IMG/VR virus record: IMGVR_UViG_2788500220_000013
Location: 32,001-96,000 of that record
DNA length: 64,000 nucleotides
Origin: a virus
Taxonomy: Duplodnaviria; Caudoviricetes
Reading direction: 5' to 3' (one strand)
Shown here: positions 38,200 to 47,528 of the stretch, piece by piece
Numbering within the stretch: position 1 is the first letter of the stretch
Layout: every line of letters begins with the position of its first letter
Position numbers and translations under genes: made by a program
Notes under the pieces: generated by a model
The model's database searches: none
Seen by the model: only the letters and a program-made list of their open reading frames with translations
What the model was told of the DNA's origin: nothing

Positions 38200-41100
38200 T
38201 ATATTTCCTCCGAAGACGGCGTTGATATAGCCACAAAAAATTCATTAAATGAACTATAATTTTCGCCGCGGCGGCGGGGGCGGACCATTTTAACTACCCT
38301 TCCATCTTCTTGCTCAACATCAATTAACATCTCTGATAACATGTCTTGATTTAGAAGGCCCTTCCCGCTAGCTGACTCTTGAGTAGCATCTATATCTACT
38401 TCAAAATCATCTGGATCAACTGGCAATAAAAATACTCTATCAAATAACTTCGGTGACAGTGCTTGATGCATAATAGCATCCCTAGAAAATAATCCAGAAC
38501 TGCATAATGCCCTAAAGTTATTTAAGTCTTCAGTTGTTAAATGATTTGCTATAACATAAGTTCTTGACCTGGGCCCTGCATATTTGCGGCGCCTAAGGCG
38601 ATGGTATTTAGAAAATATTCTACCCTTAGATGTAAGCAGCCTTGAATACCTTCTAGAAAATACCCTTCCAAGGCCTCGCTTACCCCCAACCTTAAACATT
38701 CCAGCAAACATTGACATAGGATTTGAACCCATGCGTGCTTTTGTCATAGTTCTGTTTGCTTTAAAAACCCTAGAGCGTGAAATGCTAGAATATCGCTTTT
38801 TAGTTTTTACTCTGTGCTGTATACTCTTTCTTTTCCTTATCGGCTTTATTACTCTTTTCTGAGGGGGACATGCCTGTTTTCTAGCCTTACGAGGGCTGGT
38901 TGTAACTCGAGGGCGTATCCAGGTTGCTGTATCGTTTAGGGTCAATACTCTTTGACGGGATTCACCATCTATATTAATTTTTTGTAATAAACTAGCAACA
39001 GGTATTGTCCCATTCCTTACCCAGTATTTGAGTTTTTCATTAGCTTCCATTATCTTTAATGTATTTGCAGCTCCATCGTCGACTATTAGATCAGACCATA
39101 TGTCATGTTGAATAAATGTATTTTCATCAAACTCATAACCAAATAATAGTTGATAGTATTTTCTTAATAAAAAATTAGTCATATGATTGGATAACATTTT
39201 AGATGCCTGGCCGGTGCCGAGATAATCATATACTCCTGACTCTAATATGTTCGTCGCTGTCTCTTCACTTTCAAAATCATTATCTGACTGCTTTTCAATT
39301 TTTAATCTTGAAAACGTTGCATTCTTTATAACGTCTTCATATGAACTAAATTTATATCCATCTGCAACAGGGGAAAATGCATTTGGTAAAAGAAACATTG
39401 ATATATCAAATAAATATTTTTTAGGTTTAAAGACCAGGTCTTCATACTCTAAATCGCGCTTATAAACTAATATCTCAATAATGTTTTGTTGTGATGCAAT
39501 CTCAGTCGACTCTTTTGACCCTAAAGTATATGGAGGATTGTATAACGCATCTATTAACTCTGCTGGAATCCCAACCGCCAAGGTGCGAATATTATCACCT
39601 ACCCTGCCTGACATTATTGCTTCCGAGGCAAATGCTTTTACTGCCGATAATTCATTTTCATTAATAACTTGATCTGCAGGAAGATATGAACCATCATTAT
39701 TTCTAGGAAATAGTTTTTCCCTGGCAGCATTTAACAATATGAACTGTTGAGGATTTAGATCTCGCAAGAATTTCTTACTCTCCTTTGTGTCTAAAAGCAA
39801 TAAGCTATCTTTTGTTGTAGAAGATCTTGTGTCTGATTTTAAATCAAAGAATGATGTAAGTTGTTCTGATGCTGTCTCTAGAGTAGAGCTTAAGGCCTGA
39901 AGAAAACTTAGCATTTGATTTACAAAAACTGTTTCACGTTCCAGGTCACTAATAAATGATTGAATGTCAGATGTCAATGTTGCGGATGATTCATTACCCT
40001 TTAGTGAAGATAAAGCAGCACCTCGAGACAATCTTTTATTATCTTTCTTATTAAAGAAGTTGTTAGATAATAATGATCCTGACTTCTGGATAGTTGAAAT
40101 TAACTTTGTCTGGCGGGCTCGGGCTGCAGGACTATCAACAATGGCTAGTTCTGAAATCGTACCCAGGGCCTCCAGCATATTCTTATTATTAGAATAGTTG
40201 TATAATACATGAAGCTCACTATTATCATGGGTTTGTACAAAGTTAGCAGAAACATATCTTGAGAATAGTGAACAAAATATCTCTAATAAAACCATTAATA
40301 ATGTATCTTCATCCCACCCATTAAACAGTGTAACCCCGTTATCATCAAGGTAACTGCTGTCATTTGATGCTGCAGCTATCTCGGCAGCAGACTCTTCTAA
40401 CTGCTTGGCTAAATCAACAATAACTGCCATAATATTTTTTGACTGGCGGGGGCTACTTACAGCAGACTGTAGTACAGAATATACTGAGGATCTGGATATC
40501 TTTATTGAGTTTGCATCCCTTCCTGATGTTGCACTTTCAATACTAGGGACATTGTCTGCAATCTTTGAAGCTTTTACTGCAATTCTCATCCCTGTTGTGG
40601 CTATAGGATTTTTTGAAGATGAAAATAATCGCTCGGCGGCGCCGAGATTAATTAACAAATTCTTAGATATTGAAGACTGTGTTAAGTCAGACATATAAGG
40701 GCTAAAACTATTAACCCTTGTTAGTTTGACAGGTTTCTTTTTTGTATTTCGTCTAGGCGATTTCCTGTTTCTTGAAGGAGTCACGCGTTCGTCTGTTGAA
40801 GTATCTGTGTCCGTATCCTCTATTGTATCCCTAATTTCAATTAAATATCTCAATAACATATGCTTGAGTTCTTGATCCTCTTTACTCATATTAAGTAAGG
40901 CAGCTGTAACAGCTAACTCCTCATCAATAAGAGATGTATTAGAGATTCCATCAATTAGCTCTTTTATACGAGATAAAATATCAATAAAAACTGAATGGGG
41001 GTGCAGTACAAAGTTTTCATCATCTAAATTAAGAAGCTTCTCTATAAACTTGACAACATCAGAAGACGTACTGTTAAAATTTTTAGCAAATTCAGAATAC

Positions 41101-42644
41101 TCTTTTGTACTAAATCCGCTTCTTTCCTCCTTGCCAAATCTAAGAATATTATCAACATATGCTACAGACCCCGGTATTGAGCGATTACCCTTATTATCAG
41201 AAAATGCTCGAGTCTCAAATGGTAGTACTATTTCTCTATTTTTAGACTCTACATGTACATAATCAGCAATGCTTCCAGCAGGACCAGGTGAATCGAGAAT
41301 GTTGTCACGAGGACGGCCGAGGGCGTTGACAACTGCATTACTTGCATTTAGCTTATCTGCACCAAACCTTTTTCCTATAGTATATTCAGATAATGCACCA
41401 ATCCCAGCTGATATGGTCAGTTCTCGAGATAAAGAGACCAACAAAACTTTTATTCTATCTGCATCGTCAATCGGTAGTGAAGATAAGAATGAAGAATATC
41501 TAGAATATTGCGTCGGATTAAACACATTTTTAATATTTTTAGATCCGATATTCTGTATTCTAAATTTAAATGACTTATTTCTTGGAGAAATTTGTTTATT
41601 TATTTTTAAGGAATCTAAATCATCAATTCTATCAAAGTTCTCAGATGATATTAGTAATGGAGAATGACGCTGACATGCCATTAACAGGTCATGTAATACC
41701 TGGTTTATAATCTTACTATTACTAAACCTTGCATATCCTTCTTCAGAAAATTTCATACTATTAGTAAGCATTGCCTTTACTGAGGTGTCTAAATTGGATG
41801 ACAGTCCTGGATTATTTTTTTGAGAAAAATATTTTGCTATTGACGTTGATAATATATCTGAATTATCTTTTATATCTAGTGCTTTTTTTGCATTAATAGT
41901 TGCCATTAATGTCTCAAACATGGCGTTGACTAGCTCTTTCGAACTATTATTGACTATGCTATCATACTCCTCCTTAAGCGCCGTATAGGTACCTTCAGGG
42001 TCTTCTTCTTTAAATAGCTCAATAGCATCATGAACATTATCAATCACTAATTGCCGCAAATACCATCTAAAGTCTAACATTCTTTCGATAGATGTGTGAT
42101 ACCCTTTATCATTTCTGGTTGGTAGCCAATCTAATGATGCAATAAGCTCCGGTCGGAGGCGGCTAATACTAGCATCTCTCATATATGTAGAGACGCCTGC
42201 AAGGGAATCTAAAACCAATTCTTCAGACGTTGAATCAGCAATATAATTTTCCGGAATTTTTGGCTCTTCAGGATGCGGTCGGGGCTTTGTATTGATTCCT
42301 GGAACATATTGCATTAATAGCCCTGTTGGGTCGGGAGATACTAACGCAGAGCTAGCACGTGATGTTGTGGCAGATCTCTGTGCAATAGGTGAGTATATTG
42401 CCATTGGTGCTGCTCTTTGATCTCTCCTTGTAGGTTTTTGCTGCTTGACTTTTGCATTAAACCCAATTGTATATAAGGACCTAAAAATACTTTTAGAAGA
42501 CGTCTTGGGTGCCGGTGCCTGCCTTGCTATCGAGACCTTAACCTTCCGTGAAGGCTTACAGTCACCAGACCTGTTGTTAACTTTTAACAACGGCATTGCC
42601 TGAACTGACATGGTAAACATTGAACGATAATTTCTTTTTGCCAT
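38199..42644 (-). CDS. Large hypothetical protein (1481 aa), mostly helical, with Arg/Lys-rich segments
   Basis: Long ORF coupled by TAATG on both sides. Confidence 0.8.
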   Translation of the reverse strand: MAKRNYRSMFTMSVQAMPLLKVNNRSGDCKPSRKVKVSIARQAPAPKTSSKSIFRSLYTIGFNAKVKQQKPTRRDQRAAPMAIYSPIAQRSATTSRASSALVSPDPTGLLMQYVPGINTKPRPHPEEPKIPENYIADSTSEELVLDSLAGVSTYMRDASISRLRPELIASLDWLPTRNDKGYHTSIERMLDFRWYLRQLVIDNVHDAIELFKEEDPEGTYTALKEEYDSIVNNSSKELVNAMFETLMATINAKKALDIKDNSDILSTSIAKYFSQKNNPGLSSNLDTSVKAMLTNSMKFSEEGYARFSNSKIINQVLHDLLMACQRHSPLLISSENFDRIDDLDSLKINKQISPRNKSFKFRIQNIGSKNIKNVFNPTQYSRYSSFLSSLPIDDADRIKVLLVSLSRELTISAGIGALSEYTIGKRFGADKLNASNAVVNALGRPRDNILDSPGPAGSIADYVHVESKNREIVLPFETRAFSDNKGNRSIPGSVAYVDNILRFGKEERSGFSTKEYSEFAKNFNSTSSDVVKFIEKLLNLDDENFVLHPHSVFIDILSRIKELIDGISNTSLIDEELAVTAALLNMSKEDQELKHMLLRYLIEIRDTIEDTDTDTSTDERVTPSRNRKSPRRNTKKKPVKLTRVNSFSPYMSDLTQSSISKNLLINLGAAERLFSSSKNPIATTGMRIAVKASKIADNVPSIESATSGRDANSIKISRSSVYSVLQSAVSSPRQSKNIMAVIVDLAKQLEESAAEIAAASNDSSYLDDNGVTLFNGWDEDTLLMVLLEIFCSLFSRYVSANFVQTHDNSELHVLYNYSNNKNMLEALGTISELAIVDSPAARARQTKLISTIQKSGSLLSNNFFNKKDNKRLSRGAALSSLKGNESSATLTSDIQSFISDLERETVFVNQMLSFLQALSSTLETASEQLTSFFDLKSDTRSSTTKDSLLLLDTKESKKFLRDLNPQQFILLNAAREKLFPRNNDGSYLPADQVINENELSAVKAFASEAIMSGRVGDNIRTLAVGIPAELIDALYNPPYTLGSKESTEIASQQNIIEILVYKRDLEYEDLVFKPKKYLFDISMFLLPNAFSPVADGYKFSSYEDVIKNATFSRLKIEKQSDNDFESEETATNILESGVYDYLGTGQASKMLSNHMTNFLLRKYYQLLFGYEFDENTFIQHDIWSDLIVDDGAANTLKIMEANEKLKYWVRNGTIPVASLLQKINIDGESRQRVLTLNDTATWIRPRVTTSPRKARKQACPPQKRVIKPIRKRKSIQHRVKTKKRYSSISRSRVFKANRTMTKARMGSNPMSMFAGMFKVGGKRGLGRVFSRRYSRLLTSKGRIFSKYHRLRRRKYAGPRSRTYVIANHLTTEDLNNFRALCSSGLFSRDAIMHQALSPKLFDRVFLLPVDPDDFEVDIDATQESASGKGLLNQDMLSEMLIDVEQEDGRVVKMVRPRRRGENYSSFNEFFVAISTPSSEEI

Positions 42645-45292
42645 TACGTTGCTATCCTAAAAATAGGCTCCTCAGAATCAGTTGTTATAGAAGCAGCAGA
42701 TACTTCGGTACCGTATGTATAATCAGAAAAAACTGGGATAACAGAATACTCTATTGATCCTAACTCACCGGAAAGATCTAAGTCAATAACCTTGTAATTT
42801 CCGGTGTCAGAAATATTATGTGTAGAAGCCACTGTCGATTTTACACCCTGGTATACTGCCATTACTAGAAAATGATCAACTTCATTTTGATTTCCTGTTA
42901 TTGACCATTGAATCATATTCCTGTTATCTCCTGTCTTCATTGCTGAGACGTTTGATATACGGCAGCGCTGACATGGGATAGTTGCCTCTATGCTTCTTTC
43001 TAGACCGATTCTGCCTAAGGAAAATTGGCTTCTAGAAGTTATTCTAGATGCAACCTTAAACCCTAATGCAGCAGATGTTGAAGGCAATGTACCTCTAGTC
43101 AATGTATACGGATTAAAATATTTAGCAACTAACTTCTCAAAAGTACGAGACGTCTCTAAATCAATAGTTGTAGAAGCAGCACCTGTAAATAACGACTCAG
43201 GACTTCTTAATAGTACCTTAATAATATATCTATATTTCCGGCCGGAGAGGAGGTCTGATACGCCGGCCTTTGTTCTTGAGGCTAGGTCATCTACAAATAG
43301 GCCGTTAAGGTGAATACCCATATCCTCTGTTACACCTGATATACTATCCTGCCTTAAAACCCAAAATGATAATATTGATGACAGCTTAGAACGATCAGCC
43401 TGAATTTCTGAAACGAAGTTTGTGCCTACGCCGGCTGCAGATAACGAATCGAGAACCAAGTTAATCCCTACATCTGTTAGTTCTGCATTTATTTCAAACG
43501 TTATTGATAGATTACTCTCATCATCGGCACGAACAGTAAGGTCATCTAAGTTTAAGATTGCGCGCTCTTGAGCAACATATTCTTTTTTAAATTCATGAAG
43601 CTCAGTTATTTTTGATATTTCTTCTTTGCCATTAGGGTAAATTAAAACACAACGATATTCATATACATGGTTATCTTTAACACCATAATCTGGTACTTCT
43701 ATGTCTATAGACTTTGAATTAATTGTGTGTATCTGATCAGAAGGCAGCCTTCCGACAATCCTATAATCTTTTAGCCCATTTCTTACTAGGGGCCGGGAAG
43801 TCATATCTGTAGCTGTAATATATAGGGCACATGGGCCTTCCGGAATGTTTGTAACTCTAATATTTACATGATCTTGAGATGTTTCTGCGAATATTGAAAT
43901 ATGCGAAAGTTCTTGTTCTATTTTCTTTGGTACTAGAGGACTTCTATATCTTTCACAAACTGCCCTTCTAGCGCGTGCAGAAACAGAGCCCCGGGGCCCA
44001 ACTGCAATTGCCATGTATATGCAGTTTTGTGTATTGTTAACCCTGTCTAAAATTCTTTTGTTGCCATCTTCTCTTGTTAGGGGCACGGTCTCTATCAACT
44101 GGTAGTTTGTCGACGTTACAGAGCTTAGAGGTGATACTTTTTTTCTATATATTTTTATAGCTGTTGCCGTAGCATCCACTTGCGTAACCCTTAATGCATT
44201 ATGTCCTAACTCAAATGGGGTAGCATAAATAATCGGAGGATAGTCAGGTGTTAAGTAATCCTCTAATAGATCTTCATGATTAATAACACGGTGAATAACA
44301 TCAACTATAGCATTTTCAGAATCAAAAAGCTCAAACAAAAAATGTATCTCGCTAGCGCCAGCTAAAGAGTCTTTATGTACTAATAATTCTTCAGTTATAT
44401 TAGTCGTCGTATTTTTTACAATCTTATTAACTACATGAAAGCGGCTAGATAAATCGCCAGCAGCACCTGAAGTTGCATATACATTTGCAATCGATCTTAG
44501 TTTATTTCTAATTATCAATCCAGACTGTGATGATTTAATCTTCCTATTTGCATGACTATGTAATAATTCTCTTGAATTAGGATTTGCTGTATTCCTTGTA
44601 TTTCTAGGGTACCTATGTGGGAAATAGTTTCTAGTTTTTGTACCGTATCTTGTCAGCCCCTGCATAGCCATTGTATGAGTATTAATAGGAAACGTTGCCT
44701 CTGCAACAGATGCAGGATCTATTGAATTTCGGAAAATTGATCTAATTGCAGCTAAACGAATTGATTTATTTTGTAATTTATCAAGCTTAATATTAGAGAA
44801 AGAAGAAGTCTTTGGTGCACACAGTACCGGGTACTCTTTTTCAGTATCGTCAATAATACTAGATGTAGGTACTGTCACTGAAATTCTTCTAGTGCCTAAA
44901 AGTCTTGTTGCATGCTCTGGATTTGCAGCGATTCTTTTTGCTACATCATTATTAATACCTGTGGTAATATCAGAGTTCTTAACAACTATAGGATCTTTTC
45001 TTGCTGCAGTAATCCTATCCTTGACACGTGTTGCATAGTTTCGAATATTCTTAATAACATCTTCAGCGGCAACAGAATTCCCAAACATACTTGAACGAAC
45101 TAGGGGATCATGAGTATAAGCGGACAATTTAACTGTTGTGACCTTATTTCTTATGCTGTCTGGAATCGATGCGATATAATTTATATTATATAAAAACCTG
45201 CCGTATTCATCAATTCCGACAATGGCTGCAAAGGCTTTTGGAACTTCAATAATTTTCTTCTTTTTAAAGAAATTTTTTGTTGATATTTTCAT
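42644..45292 (-). CDS. Hypothetical structural protein (882 aa) with Fn3-like repeats
   Basis: IKIYRK...YMAIAV, DYGVKDNHVYEYRC, GRKYRYII, IEYSVIPV patterns. Confidence 0.7.
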   Translation of the reverse strand: MKISTKNFFKKKKIIEVPKAFAAIVGIDEYGRFLYNINYIASIPDSIRNKVTTVKLSAYTHDPLVRSSMFGNSVAAEDVIKNIRNYATRVKDRITAARKDPIVVKNSDITTGINNDVAKRIAANPEHATRLLGTRRISVTVPTSSIIDDTEKEYPVLCAPKTSSFSNIKLDKLQNKSIRLAAIRSIFRNSIDPASVAEATFPINTHTMAMQGLTRYGTKTRNYFPHRYPRNTRNTANPNSRELLHSHANRKIKSSQSGLIIRNKLRSIANVYATSGAAGDLSSRFHVVNKIVKNTTTNITEELLVHKDSLAGASEIHFLFELFDSENAIVDVIHRVINHEDLLEDYLTPDYPPIIYATPFELGHNALRVTQVDATATAIKIYRKKVSPLSSVTSTNYQLIETVPLTREDGNKRILDRVNNTQNCIYMAIAVGPRGSVSARARRAVCERYRSPLVPKKIEQELSHISIFAETSQDHVNIRVTNIPEGPCALYITATDMTSRPLVRNGLKDYRIVGRLPSDQIHTINSKSIDIEVPDYGVKDNHVYEYRCVLIYPNGKEEISKITELHEFKKEYVAQERAILNLDDLTVRADDESNLSITFEINAELTDVGINLVLDSLSAAGVGTNFVSEIQADRSKLSSILSFWVLRQDSISGVTEDMGIHLNGLFVDDLASRTKAGVSDLLSGRKYRYIIKVLLRSPESLFTGAASTTIDLETSRTFEKLVAKYFNPYTLTRGTLPSTSAALGFKVASRITSRSQFSLGRIGLERSIEATIPCQRCRISNVSAMKTGDNRNMIQWSITGNQNEVDHFLVMAVYQGVKSTVASTHNISDTGNYKVIDLDLSGELGSIEYSVIPVFSDYTYGTEVSAASITTDSEEPIFRIAT

Positions 45293-45294
45293 TC

Positions 45295-46248
45295 CTACTC
45301 CAGTATAACCGTGAAGATATTAACATACGTTGACATGCCATCATCATCAGTAAAGATTTTCCCAACAAAAAAAACTCTTTTTCCAGGAGAATATGGGTCA
45401 TCACTAGGAAACTCTCCAAAATCTATCATAGAAAGCTTCTCTATTTCGCCTATCCCTGTTTCTAAGAACTGCATTATAATATTATTATGTTGTGAAGTTT
45501 CTGAAAATTCTAGTTCTATAACTTCTCTATTTACTAACTGCATTTCTAATTCATTAATGGTCATGACCTCAGGTTGATTTAATTTAGCATAAACACCTAA
45601 AGGTTCACCCTCATCCTGACCAGGCTTTTCTTGGTTAATAGGGGGTAAATATTTATAAAATGGAAGATGTTGCAGCCTTTTATCTTCATGTAATGATTCA
45701 ACCTTGGTAATTGATGCCTCAGTTATTTCACCTGGGGTAAAGGGTGTACTGTTAGTTATTGCAAATTGAGTATAGTTTGGGGTTATTGTAAAACTGCTAG
45801 TCTCTGATAGCCTATCCAAAGTTCCTATAATTTTTTGGTCTCTAAAGTTTTGGGCTGAGCCTTCTAGCAGTTCATCAATTAGTTCTGCAGTTACTGAAAT
45901 TTCTGCTGGTATTAGTTCTTCATTGGGGGTTGAGGATCCCACTATGTCTTTATAGAGTTTTCCATTATACCCTATCTTTATATCATTTCCTGCAAATGGA
46001 AGCATCTTTGTGTCATTATCAGTCTCAAAAATGATTTGATCTTGTGGCCGGTTTGTTGCCTCGAAGAAAAGACGGCCGTCAGCTGACTCTACAGAGCCAT
46101 CTCCTCTATCTGACTCAGTATAGAACGTATGTCTGTCTGTAAATGTAACATATCTTATACGTAATTCACCATCAGCAATCTGGCGGCGACCTTCTTTTGT
46201 TATGATCGTGTCTAAAATACGTTGTTTTTGATCTAATATACCAGCCAT
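45295..46248 (-). CDS. Baseplate/tail structural protein (317 aa); N-terminus paralogous to the 236-aa protein
   Basis: MAGILDQKQRILDTIITKEGRRQIADGELRIRYVTFTD...FFEA compared with MGFLD...IIDAVLTDVGRAFLA...FALGD...VFEA. Confidence 0.7.
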   Translation of the reverse strand: MAGILDQKQRILDTIITKEGRRQIADGELRIRYVTFTDRHTFYTESDRGDGSVESADGRLFFEATNRPQDQIIFETDNDTKMLPFAGNDIKIGYNGKLYKDIVGSSTPNEELIPAEISVTAELIDELLEGSAQNFRDQKIIGTLDRLSETSSFTITPNYTQFAITNSTPFTPGEITEASITKVESLHEDKRLQHLPFYKYLPPINQEKPGQDEGEPLGVYAKLNQPEVMTINELEMQLVNREVIELEFSETSQHNNIIMQFLETGIGEIEKLSMIDFGEFPSDDPYSPGKRVFFVGKIFTDDDGMSTYVNIFTVILE

Positions 46249-46254
46249 ACTGAT

Positions 46255-46261
46255 TAACTAT
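46255..46261 (-). promoter_or_regulatory. Putative late promoter motif ATAGTTA, 6 nt before an SD-less ATG
   Basis: Exact ATANTTA match in a 32-bp gap. Confidence 0.5.
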
Positions 46262-46280
46262 TTCCGTTATAAATTTTCAA

Positions 46281-47462
46281 CTAAGTCATTTCAGGTTTTG
46301 CTAGCATAGGAATACTATTTAAAATGATATTAATATTCCTAAATATTCTACATCTAACATCACCAGGTATGCCTTGTTTATGCATTAAACCATTCATCAA
46401 ATTAAATCCAGCATGTACATCATTAACCTGACACAGACAAATTGACAATTCATCTATCAGCTTAAAATCATATATTGCATGTGGCACAAATAAAATATCA
46501 TGGGGTGGAACTTTTAAAAACGACATCGCTGCCTGCCCCCAGAAGCATCCCTCAGCAAACAATCCCTTAGATCTACAATACGCAACCAAATGATATAATG
46601 GTTCGGCTGACCGGAGTCTATGTAGTTTACAGGCTTTTAATAAGTTATCAGCAGCTTCTTCATATGTGTAGTCATCACTATGCAACATAAGCAAACCTGT
46701 TTGAAATTGTGCAAAATACTTTTCTTCTTGCCAACCGTCTAGCTCTGCCCTTTTTTTATAGTTTAATAATGCTTTCTTCTTATCCCCTGCATCGCGATAA
46801 CTTTGTGCAAGGTAAAATAAACTTCTTAAATCATCAGGATTTTTTTCAAGCTCCATTTCTAAAAGCTCAGCATCGGCAGAAAACTTTTCTTCTAAAGTTT
46901 TTCCTCTTGACCTAACTCCCTCGCCATGCTTTGCAGTAATATGTGCCATCGAAAGCTCGCCTTTTCTCATTTCTTCCATCTGGCCTGGTGCTGTAATTGC
47001 TTCATGAACAACACCTTTCCATTCCCAATTATAGTCTCTTATATTTGGAATTGCCGGCAACCTGTATCTTAAACCACCGTAATGTTTTTCTATTAAGTAA
47101 ACACCAAGATTATGTGAAAATGATTCCCGAAATGCTACGGGATCCGTACAGTGGAATATTTCATCTGCATCAATAAATAAGGCATATTTGGCGTCAGTAT
47201 CATTAATAACAAATTCTAGAGCTTCATTTCTATTATGCTCAAAACTTACCCAGTCAGAATGATAGACCTTTCCAGGGATCCCCTTTTCCTTAAAAAATGA
47301 TTCAATAATCCCAGGAGTATCATCAGATGACCCAGTATCAACAATAACATACGAATCAATTATATTATAGACAGATTCCAGGCATCTCTCGATAACTGGC
47401 GACTCGTCTTTTACAATCATATTTAAACAAACTGTATTAGAAATAATATCACCTACCCACAC
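46281..47462 (-). CDS. Glycosyltransferase family 2 with C-terminal TPR repeats (SunS-like architecture)
   Basis: CLNMIVKDE...RCLESV, VDTGSSDDT, F..NRNEAL, FIDADE (DxD), WKGVVHE, then TPR-like RSLFYLAQSYRD, EEKYFAQF, AEPLYHL. Confidence 0.9.
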   Translation of the reverse strand: MWVGDIISNTVCLNMIVKDESPVIERCLESVYNIIDSYVIVDTGSSDDTPGIIESFFKEKGIPGKVYHSDWVSFEHNRNEALEFVINDTDAKYALFIDADEIFHCTDPVAFRESFSHNLGVYLIEKHYGGLRYRLPAIPNIRDYNWEWKGVVHEAITAPGQMEEMRKGELSMAHITAKHGEGVRSRGKTLEEKFSADAELLEMELEKNPDDLRSLFYLAQSYRDAGDKKKALLNYKKRAELDGWQEEKYFAQFQTGLLMLHSDDYTYEEAADNLLKACKLHRLRSAEPLYHLVAYCRSKGLFAEGCFWGQAAMSFLKVPPHDILFVPHAIYDFKLIDELSICLCQVNDVHAGFNLMNGLMHKQGIPGDVRCRIFRNINIILNSIPMLAKPEMT

Positions 47463-47471
47463 TTTTTGATT

Positions 47472-47481
47472 ATTATACCCA
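47472..47481 (-). promoter_or_regulatory. Putative sigma70-type -10 element TGGGTATAAT, 9 nt before the glycosyltransferase GTG
   Basis: Perfect TATAAT; GTAACT 17 nt upstream as a weak -35. Confidence 0.45.
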
Positions 47482-47528
47482 TAATACAGAAAATAGTTAC
47501 TATATAAGTTCTATATCACATGCCCTTA

